From an uncultured Alphaproteobacteria bacterium (GTDB lineage: Bacteria > Pseudomonadota > Alphaproteobacteria > RF32 > CAG-239): a DNA stretch of 61,282 bases. Positions 54,537 through 61,282 of this stretch are shown piece by piece. Under the pieces are notes generated by a model. The model saw nothing but the letters and a program-made list of their open reading frames with translations. It ran no database searches and was not told the DNA's origin. The stretch is taken from contig CALXPZ010000101.1 in NCBI GenBank assembly GCA_944390375.1, positions 1 through 61,282 of the forward strand, given 5' to 3'. The translations under genes were made by a program, and so were the position numbers. Numbering within the stretch: the first letter of the stretch is position 1; the number at the start of each line of letters is the position of its first letter.

Positions 54537-55116
54537 AGTGATGTGTTCTCCGTTGAAAGTAAAAGAAAACCACCTTGCAAAGGTGGCCGGAGAGTTCAAC
54601 ATCACACACAATCATATGACCTTTTAGCCTTTAAACCAAAAAAGTTCTGAACATACGCTAAAAGCTCCCCGGCCGTAACGGTACGGGAAAAATAACGGTG
54701 CATAATATATGCCCGAAAATAACGATGCGTTATCATGCACCGGATTGTGTCAAGAGCTGTTGAAGGCTCCGCACCCGTACAAAGGTGCTGAATACGTTGC
54801 CGTATTCTGTTGCTAAGCATAGAGAGAATAAAACAAAAGTCAAATATTTTTAGAAAACTGAAAAAAGCCTTTTCCCGAAAAGAGAAAAAGGCTTTTAAGG
54901 ATCACGTATCGGCAGAAGAGATAATTTGTTCTGCCTCGGGAACAAACCAAAAATTTTCAGATGTTCATTCGCGTTTTACAATTTGTTGGCTTTGGCATAA
55001 ATCAGCATCAGCCAGACAATAAGACAGGTGATGATCATAAAGGAAATTTTTAGTCAGAATAATTATTAATTGCCCTCACCATAACCGTATAACGCGAATA
55101 TTGCAAGTGCATCTGT

Positions 55117-55140
55117 AAAAAAAGCACCATAAGGTGCTTT
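55117..55140 (-). terminator. Intrinsic terminator of the 55748-55154 operon
   Basis: On the minus strand: AGCACC-ttat-GGTGCT hairpin plus T7. Confidence 0.6.
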
Positions 55141-55153
55141 CTTATCAAAACAA

Positions 55154-55447
55154 CTATAGAATTTTTCCTTTTCTGACAACCGGAACCTGATAGTCATAAA
55201 CGGTCGTCCCGCTTGCATAATCGGCTTCGACAATGACGACGGAAGAAACTTGTTTCAAGTGTTTTTGCGCTTCTTCATGCAGTTTGTCCAAAACCAGGAC
55301 GTCGGAGGCCGTCCGGTAAAGCAGCGCCGCATCGCTGCCGTTATAAACCAGTTCCGGCGACTTCGGGGCGTTTTCCTGAGCGGGAATAATAAAAGCCATT
55401 TGACCGCGGGCATTGACCACGGCCTGATAGTCTTTGGCGCATTTCAT
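55154..55447 (-). CDS. Small conserved hypothetical protein, paralog of 23223-23537
   Basis: The shared core is (P)(E/R)LVY(N/D)G.D.ALLYR......L..........L(K).V......VE... Confidence 0.65.
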   Translation of the reverse strand: MKCAKDYQAVVNARGQMAFIIPAQENAPKSPELVYNGSDAALLYRTASDVLVLDKLHEEAQKHLKQVSSVVIVEADYASGTTVYDYQVPVVRKGKIL

Positions 55448-55448
55448 G

Positions 55449-55748
55449 TCAGGACAATCCGTTGCGGGCCTTGTCAGCGGCTTTCTTCAAGAGGAAAATG
55501 CTTCCTTTTTCCAGCGTTTTGGTGCCGGTATTAACGACTTCCTGCGATTTTTTAAGCATAAAATCGCCGATTCCGCTGCCAAGCGAACAGCCGGAGAAAT
55601 AAGAAGCGAGACTGCCGGCTTCTTTAACCATGACGCCGGCCGCTTCCGTTCCGCAGCGGATAACCATGCCGCTGCCCTGGATAAGGCCGTATTTCAAAAG
55701 CGTTTCTGCTACTGTAATGCCGCCGCGGGCAACTTGTTTGCCGTCCAT
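55449..55748 (-). CDS. Hypothetical 99-aa Gly-rich protein, operon partner of 55154-55447
   Basis: Its stop is 1 nt from the downstream start. It is rich in Gly/Ser/Ala (GLIQGSGMVIRCGTEAAGV, GCSLGSGIG). Confidence 0.55.
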   Translation of the reverse strand: MDGKQVARGGITVAETLLKYGLIQGSGMVIRCGTEAAGVMVKEAGSLASYFSGCSLGSGIGDFMLKKSQEVVNTGTKTLEKGSIFLLKKAADKARNGLS

Positions 55749-55900
55749 TTACATACTCCTTAAATAAAATCCGTATTATATATTTAGACAAAATATATCA
55801 TTTTTCGACGCAAAAATCAATAAAAAATATTGCCTGCCGTTATGCCGCCGTTTATATTGGACAATAATAGGTAACCGATTGTGATTTTAAGGGAAAGAAA

Positions 55901-56479
55901 ATGACGGAAGAAGAAAAATGCGCTTTGGGTATGCTTTACGACGCCAACAACGATGAGACTCTGCTGGCCGCCCGCCGTCGCTGCAAAGATATTTGTTACG
56001 AATATAATCTTCTGCGCCCCTCGGAAGAGGATAAACAGCGGGAGCTGATGTGCCGTCTGCTTGGCAAAACCGGCCGAAATTTTCAGATTCTGGCGCCGTT
56101 TTGGTGTGATTACGGATCAAACATCACAATCGGCGAAAACTTCTTTGCCAATCACAACTGCGTCATTTTAGACGGCGGGAAAGTTACTTTCGGCAGCAAT
56201 GTATTTATCGGCCCGAACTGCGGGTTTTATACCGCCGGTCATCCGCTTGATGCCGCCCGTCGCAACCGCGGGCTGGAATATGCCCGGCCGATTACGGTCG
56301 GCGACAATGTCTGGTTTGGTGCCGGCGTCAGCGTTTTGCCGGGCGTTACCATCGGCAGCAACACGGTTATCGGCGCCGGCAGCGTGGTCAATCGCGACAT
56401 TCCGGCGGGCGTGGTGGCCGTCGGCAATCCCTGCCGGGTTGTCCGGACAATAGGGGAGGGGCTGCCGCCGTCGGAATAA
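55901..56479 (+). CDS. maa: Maltose/galactoside O-acetyltransferase (left-handed beta-helix)
   Basis: An N-terminal Mac domain (MLYDANNDETL) and hexapeptide repeats (IGENFFANHNCVILDGGKVTFGSNVFIGPNCG). Confidence 0.85.
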   Translation: MTEEEKCALGMLYDANNDETLLAARRRCKDICYEYNLLRPSEEDKQRELMCRLLGKTGRNFQILAPFWCDYGSNITIGENFFANHNCVILDGGKVTFGSNVFIGPNCGFYTAGHPLDAARRNRGLEYARPITVGDNVWFGAGVSVLPGVTIGSNTVIGAGSVVNRDIPAGVVAVGNPCRVVRTIGEGLPPSE

Positions 56480-56701
56480 AGTCAATATAAGCGCTTGACT
56501 CGCCGCCGTTCTTGTATTAAATTACCGGCTTGTAAATGATATAAGCAGGATTTCTTTTTTATGTGCGCTTTTTTGATACATTCCGTTTCCATTATTATCC
56601 CCTGAGGGGATAGTATTTTCATTTTGCACATAACAAATTCAAAAAATTTTCTAAATCTGGTCAATTTTATAAATTTATCAAAAAATTAAGGTGTTGGAAT
56701 A

Positions 56702-59700
56702 ATGACAAAATATTATGCCGAGCAACAGGCAAAACCCGATTTTGCCGAACTGGAAAAGAATGTTCTCAAATTCTGGGAAGAAGACAAGACTTTTGAAAAG
56801 TCGGTGCACAACCGCGACGGAGCGGCCGAGTTCGTCTTTTACGACGGTCCTCCGTTTGCCAACGGCACCCCGCACTACGGGCACATTATGGTTTCTTATG
56901 TCAAGGACGTGGTCGCCCGTTTCCAGACCATGAACGGCAAAAAGGTCGACCGCCGCTTAGGGTGGGACTGCCACGGTCTGCCGGCGGAAATGTCGGCGGA
57001 AAAGCAGCTCGGCGTTTCCGGCCGTAAGCAGATTGAAGAATACGGGGTTGAAAAGTTCAACAATTTCTGCCGGCAGGACGTCCTGAAATATTCCAACATC
57101 TGGGTCGATATGTTCAAACGCATCGGCCGCTGGGTCGATTTTTCGCACGACTACAAAACCATGGATCTGCCGTTTATGGAAAGCGTTATCCATAATTTTA
57201 AGGAGCTGTACGAAAAAGGACTGGTTTACGAAGATTTCCGCGTGCTGCCGTATTCCTGGGCGGCGGAAACCCCGCTTTCAAATTTTGAAGTCAACCAGGG
57301 CTATCAGGACAAAACCGATACCGCGATTACGGTTTTGTTTAAGCTTGAAAACGGTATGAAAATTCTGGTCTGGACGACAACCCCCTGGACGCTGCCTTCC
57401 AACCTGATGCTGGCCGTCGGCAATGACATATCCTATGCGGTGATGGAAGAAGACGGACAAAAATATATTCTGGCGGAAGCCCTGCTCGGACGCTACAAAC
57501 AGCAGCTGGCCAGGGCCGAACGCGTCGGCACCCTCAAAGGATCCGAACTGGTCGGTCTAAGCTATGAACCGATGTTCCCCTATTTCAAACATCTGAAAGA
57601 AAAAGGCGCCTTTAAGGTTTTGGCGGGTGAATTTGTTTCAACCGAAGACGGTACCGGCGTGGTTCACATCGCTCCCGGATTCGGTCAGGACGACTTTGAC
57701 GCCTGCCGCGCTTATGACAAAGATTTTCCGATTGTCTGCCCGGTTGACGAAGCCGGCCGTTTTACCGCCGAAGTGCCGGATTATGAAGGCAAACAGGTTT
57801 TTGAAACCAACGAGCCGGTTATGCAGTGGTTAAAACAAAACGGTTTGCTGGTCAAAAAAGAGCAGTACACCCACTCCTATCCTTTCTGCTGGCGTACCGA
57901 TACCCCACTGATTTACAAAGCGATGAGTTCCTGGTTTGTCAAAGTAACCGAATTTCGCGACGAGATGGTGCGGCTCAATCAGGAAATCAACTGGGTTCCC
58001 GAGCACATCAAAGACGGCCGTTTCGGCAAATGGCTGGAAGGCGCCCGCGACTGGTCGATCTCCCGCAATCGTTTCTGGGGAACGCCGATTCCGGTCTGGA
58101 AATCGGATGATCCGAAATATCCGCATATCGATGTTTTCGGCTCGCTTGCGGAAATCAAAGAGAAAACGGGTGTTGAGGTAACCGACCTGCACAAGCCCTA
58201 TATTGACGATGTCGTTTATCCGAACCCGGCCGATCCCACCGGCAAGAGTATGATGCGCCGCGTTTCCGATGTCTTTGACTGCTGGTTTGAATCCGGCTCC
58301 ATGCCCTATGCGCAGGTTCACTATCCGTTTGACAACAAAGAATGGTTTGAAAATCATTTCCCGGCCGATTTCATTGTTGAAGCCATGGATCAGACCCGCG
58401 GCTGGTTTTATACCCTGACCGTGCTGTCAACCGCGCTGCATCACAAACCGGCTTTTAAGAACTGCATCTGTACCGGTCTGCTGATGGCCGAAGGCGGGCA
58501 AAAGCTCTCCAAACGGCTGAAAAACTACCCCGACCCGGCAATGGTGCTTGACAAGATCGGCTCCGATACGTTGCGCTGGTTCCTGGTTTCTTCTCCCGTC
58601 TTAAAAGGCGGCAACCTGGCGGTTGATCAGGAAGGAAAAGAAATTGTCAAAGCTGCCCGCGTGGCGCAGATCCCGTTCTGGAACGCTTTTTATTTCTTCA
58701 CCCTTTATGCCAATGCCGAAGGATACAAGGCCAAAGAAGTCAGCGGTTCGACGGAGTTTTTGGACAATTACATTCTGGCCAAGCTGAAACATTTGGCTGT
58801 TGAAGTCAGAAAAGGGCTCGAAACTTATGATGTCGCCCATTCCTGCAACGAAATTGCCGCGTTTATGGAAGTTTTGAACAACTGGTATATCCGCCGCACC
58901 CGCGACCGTTTCTGGGCGGGCGATAAACAGGCCTTTGACGTTCTTTATACCGTTTTGGTCAATTTGAGCAAAATCATGGCGCCGTTGATGCCCTTTACCA
59001 CCGAATATGTTTATCAGGCGCTGGTTGATGCTAAAGCCTCGGTTCACCTGGCCGACTATCCGTTGTTGGAAAGCGTTGCGACCAATGACAAACTGGTGTC
59101 GGAAATGGACTTCGTTCAGGATTTGTGTTCTGCCGGCAAGTTTGTCCGCGAGGAAAAGAATCTGCGCAACCGCCTGCCGCTCGGCAGTCTGACGGTTGCC
59201 GGCAGCGGCCTCGGTTTCTTGAACGAACAGTATGTGGAAATTATCAAAGACGAACTGAACGTCAAAAAAGTGGTTGTTGACGAAGATGTCGGTGCTTATG
59301 CGGCACAGTCGCTCTATCTCTACACCCCGCTTTTGGGCAAAAAACTCGGTAAAGATATGGGCAAAGTGATGGCCGCCTATAACGAATACAAAAAAACAGG
59401 TGTTTCTTGCTGGGTGGAAAACGGCAGCGAAGGCATTTCCGTTGCCGGTGTTTTCTTAACCCCGGATCTATATGAAGAACGTCTGGAAATTTTGGGTGGC
59501 AAAGCGGGCAAGGCCTTTGCCGGTAACCGGGCGGTTGTTGTGCTTGATACCGAAGTAACCCCCGCTCTGGCCAAAGAAGGCATGGCGCGCGACTTTGTCC
59601 GTCTGGTGCAGAATCTGCGAAAAGAAAAGAATTTTGACATTTCCGACCGCATTCGTTTGAATTGGCAGACGGAAGACGAAACCCTGCGGCAGGCTCTGCG

Positions 59701-59851
59701 CGAAAACGAAGATTACATCAAAGCACAGGTTCTGGTACCCGCGGATGAAAAAGTCGGCGATGTCTGCCCGGCCGGCACCATGGCGGAAATCGAAAACGCC
59801 AAAATCTGCTTTGACGTTGAGGTCATTGCTTCTTTGAAGAAAGGGGCTTAA
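56702..59851 (+). CDS. ileS: Isoleucyl-tRNA synthetase, long type-2 form (1049 aa)
   Basis: PPFANGTPHYGHIM (HIGH), KLSKRLKNYPDP (KMSKS) and WTTTPWTLPSN in the editing domain. I saw no C-terminal Zn-finger Cys pairs. Confidence 0.95.
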   Translation: MTKYYAEQQAKPDFAELEKNVLKFWEEDKTFEKSVHNRDGAAEFVFYDGPPFANGTPHYGHIMVSYVKDVVARFQTMNGKKVDRRLGWDCHGLPAEMSAEKQLGVSGRKQIEEYGVEKFNNFCRQDVLKYSNIWVDMFKRIGRWVDFSHDYKTMDLPFMESVIHNFKELYEKGLVYEDFRVLPYSWAAETPLSNFEVNQGYQDKTDTAITVLFKLENGMKILVWTTTPWTLPSNLMLAVGNDISYAVMEEDGQKYILAEALLGRYKQQLARAERVGTLKGSELVGLSYEPMFPYFKHLKEKGAFKVLAGEFVSTEDGTGVVHIAPGFGQDDFDACRAYDKDFPIVCPVDEAGRFTAEVPDYEGKQVFETNEPVMQWLKQNGLLVKKEQYTHSYPFCWRTDTPLIYKAMSSWFVKVTEFRDEMVRLNQEINWVPEHIKDGRFGKWLEGARDWSISRNRFWGTPIPVWKSDDPKYPHIDVFGSLAEIKEKTGVEVTDLHKPYIDDVVYPNPADPTGKSMMRRVSDVFDCWFESGSMPYAQVHYPFDNKEWFENHFPADFIVEAMDQTRGWFYTLTVLSTALHHKPAFKNCICTGLLMAEGGQKLSKRLKNYPDPAMVLDKIGSDTLRWFLVSSPVLKGGNLAVDQEGKEIVKAARVAQIPFWNAFYFFTLYANAEGYKAKEVSGSTEFLDNYILAKLKHLAVEVRKGLETYDVAHSCNEIAAFMEVLNNWYIRRTRDRFWAGDKQAFDVLYTVLVNLSKIMAPLMPFTTEYVYQALVDAKASVHLADYPLLESVATNDKLVSEMDFVQDLCSAGKFVREEKNLRNRLPLGSLTVAGSGLGFLNEQYVEIIKDELNVKKVVVDEDVGAYAAQSLYLYTPLLGKKLGKDMGKVMAAYNEYKKTGVSCWVENGSEGISVAGVFLTPDLYEERLEILGGKAGKAFAGNRAVVVLDTEVTPALAKEGMARDFVRLVQNLRKEKNFDISDRIRLNWQTEDETLRQALRENEDYIKAQVLVPADEKVGDVCPAGTMAEIENAKICFDVEVIASLKKGA

Positions 59852-59855
59852 AAAT

Positions 59856-60326
59856 ATGCGTCTGGCATTGTTTCAGCCCGATATGCCTCAGAACACGGGC
59901 ACCATGCTCCGGCTTGGTGCCTGTGTCGATGTCGAAGTAGATATCATCGAACCCTGCGGTTTTGTCTTTGACGAGCGGGCGCTGCGCCGCTACGGCATGG
60001 ATTATTTGGAGATGGTTAAATATCGCAAGCACGATTCCTGGGACGATTTTTGCAGCTATGCATACGCCCATCCGGAAGAATACGGGCGGATTATCCTGCT
60101 GACCACCAAATCGCCGCTGCCTTATTATAATTTTGAGTTCCGGCCGAATGACGTGCTGCTGGTCGGCCGTGAGAGTGCCGGTGTGCCCGACGAGGTGCAT
60201 CATTCCGTTGATGCCCGTTTGACAATTCCGATGACCGAGGCCGCCCGTTCGCTGAACGTGGCAGTTTCCGCCACCATGGTGTTGGGCGAGGCGCTTAGGC
60301 AAACGCGTATGTTTCCGGCAAAATAA
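59856..60326 (+). CDS. trmL: tRNA (cytidine/uridine-34 2'-O)-methyltransferase TrmL (SpoU family)
   Basis: MRLALFQPDMPQNTGTMLRLGA, LLVGRESAGVP and SLNVAVSATMVLGEA. Confidence 0.85.
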   Translation: MRLALFQPDMPQNTGTMLRLGACVDVEVDIIEPCGFVFDERALRRYGMDYLEMVKYRKHDSWDDFCSYAYAHPEEYGRIILLTTKSPLPYYNFEFRPNDVLLVGRESAGVPDEVHHSVDARLTIPMTEAARSLNVAVSATMVLGEALRQTRMFPAK

Positions 60327-60449
60327 AAAATTGACGAAAAAAAAGAAAAAACAGACTGGATTTATGTCCTAAAATATGATATAGTAAGCCCTGTTTTGAG
60401 AAAAACAAGCCTTTTAAGTCATTTTTTAACATAATAGGAAAAACAGGTG

Positions 60450-60974
60450 ATGAACAAAAAAACAACATCTAAAATTGCATTCAATTCCGGCGAATTTGTC
60501 GTTTATCCGGCTCACGGGGTAGGAAAAGTTGCGGATATTTCCACCCAGAAAATCGGGGGAGCTGAATTGGAATTGATCGTTGTTAATTTTGACAAAGATA
60601 AAATGACGTTGCGTGTCCCGCTGAGCAAAGCGGAAAGTATCGGTTTGCGCAAAATTTCCGAAAGTTCGACCATGGATGAGGCGCTCGGTGTGTTAAAAGG
60701 CAAAGCCAGAGTAAGAAAAATTATGTGGTCTCGCCGTGCGCAGGAATACGAAAACAAAATCAATTCCGGCAGCCCGGTTGCCATTGCCGAAGTCGTTCGT
60801 GACCTCTACCGGCGCGAAAATCTTTCGGAACAGTCTTACAGCGAACGTCAGATTTATGAACAGGCGCTCGACCGTTTGGCCAACGAATATGCTATTTGCA
60901 ACAACATCAGTGCCGGTGACGCAACCAAAAAGTTGCTGGATATCCTGTCGGCAGAGCCTGCGGCAGCGGAATAA
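60450..60974 (+). CDS. carD: CarD-family transcriptional regulator
   Basis: F..GEFVVYPAHGVGKV and the RNAP-interacting domain pattern. Confidence 0.9.
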   Translation: MNKKTTSKIAFNSGEFVVYPAHGVGKVADISTQKIGGAELELIVVNFDKDKMTLRVPLSKAESIGLRKISESSTMDEALGVLKGKARVRKIMWSRRAQEYENKINSGSPVAIAEVVRDLYRRENLSEQSYSERQIYEQALDRLANEYAICNNISAGDATKKLLDILSAEPAAAE

Positions 60975-60990
60975 AGTCAACAACCGCTTA

Positions 60991-61022
60991 AAAAATCCCC
61001 GTGTAAAACGGGGATTTTTTTT
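60991..61022 (+). terminator. Intrinsic terminator after carD
   Basis: ATCCCCG-tgtaaaa-CGGGGAT hairpin plus T8. Confidence 0.75.
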
Positions 61023-61145
61023 AAGTGTTTTTGCCGTCCGATAAAAAATGTGCATAACTTTGTGAACAAAAAGATTCCGGTTTGCAATTTAAAATGAGTC
61101 CCGCTAACCTTTGGTTAACAAAAGTTAATAAAAGGTTAAGTCAAA

Positions 61146-61282
61146 ATGCAGAATACAAATGATATGGTTGTGATGGATGAAGGCGACGTTGTGATTACCG
61201 CGGCATCCGAGCTTGTCGATTCGTCATACCGCGCGGGGCAGGAGTTCCTGTGGGGATATTATTTTTGTATTGAAAACAATTC
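61146..61282 (+). CDS. Possible ApaG-domain protein, 3'-truncated by the window edge
   Basis: Only 45 codons are visible. VVITAASELVDSSYRAGQEFLWGYYFCIENN fits the N-terminal ApaG pattern (I.V......S.P....Y.F.Y.I.I.N). Confidence 0.4.
   Translation, partial: MQNTNDMVVMDEGDVVITAASELVDSSYRAGQEFLWGYYFCIENN

Noticed and set aside
54602-54820. 72-aa minus-strand ORF upstream of the glycosyltransferase operon.
   Set aside because: It has no RBS, overlaps the discarded N-terminal extension, and has arbitrary composition. The region is treated as leader RNA instead.
56480-56701. T-box or other riboswitch leaders upstream of ileS, and likewise upstream of tyrS, gltX and cysS.
   Set aside because: No T-box sequence (AANNNGGGTGGNACCGCG-like), specifier hairpin or terminator/antiterminator pair is visible, which fits a proteobacterial origin.
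1-61282. Search for CRISPR arrays, rRNA, IS elements/transposases, prophage structural genes and restriction-modification, Cas or other canonical defence genes.
   Set aside because: None was seen. The only repeats are the 362-bp gene triplication and the 78-nt coding duplication. No direct-repeat/spacer architecture or DDE, tyrosine- or serine-recombinase signatures appear in any frame.

Overview
61.3-kb chromosomal window, dense in housekeeping genes. Gene content and local synteny point to an alphaproteobacterium: TrcR/DUF1013, DUF4164-zapA-6S RNA, nuoN-like-birA-RNase J, CarD, and flhF-flhG. Fe-alcohol dehydrogenase, CoA-transferase, an ankyrin protein and an apparently dismantled complex I suggest an anaerobic or host-associated lineage; this is inference. 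I can support about 60 protein genes. They include gltX, cysS, tyrS, ileS, mutS, efp, rpmE, rplM, rpsI, birA, rnj, anmK, trmL and carD, plus an rpmG that is missing from the ORF track because it is only 55 aa. There is one tRNA-Lys(UUU), one candidate 6S RNA, many intrinsic terminators and a few operator- or promoter-like sites. I saw no rRNA, CRISPR array, transposase, integrase or recognisable prophage. The points most worth follow-up are listed here. (1) An AT-rich accessory block ends at tRNA-Lys and carries an XRE regulator, a 289-aa Gly/Ala/Ser-rich protein and a 3x tandem array (362-bp period) of a 100-aa three-TM protein. This looks like a toxin/immunity or exclusion module. (2) An orphan NuoL/M/N-like membrane module lacks nuoA-K and appears depleted in conserved charged residues. 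(3) A block of unknown genes sits after rpsI and includes a 536-aa protein with an HNH-like HHKFP...N...H motif. (4) A GT2 + phosphoribosyltransferase + HAD fusion enzyme lies next to a second GT2. (5) A dispersed pair of small paralogs occurs at 23.2 kb and 55.2 kb. (6) There is a tandem pair of orphan ACP-like genes. All functional calls come from reading the translations and motifs from memory; no database search was run.
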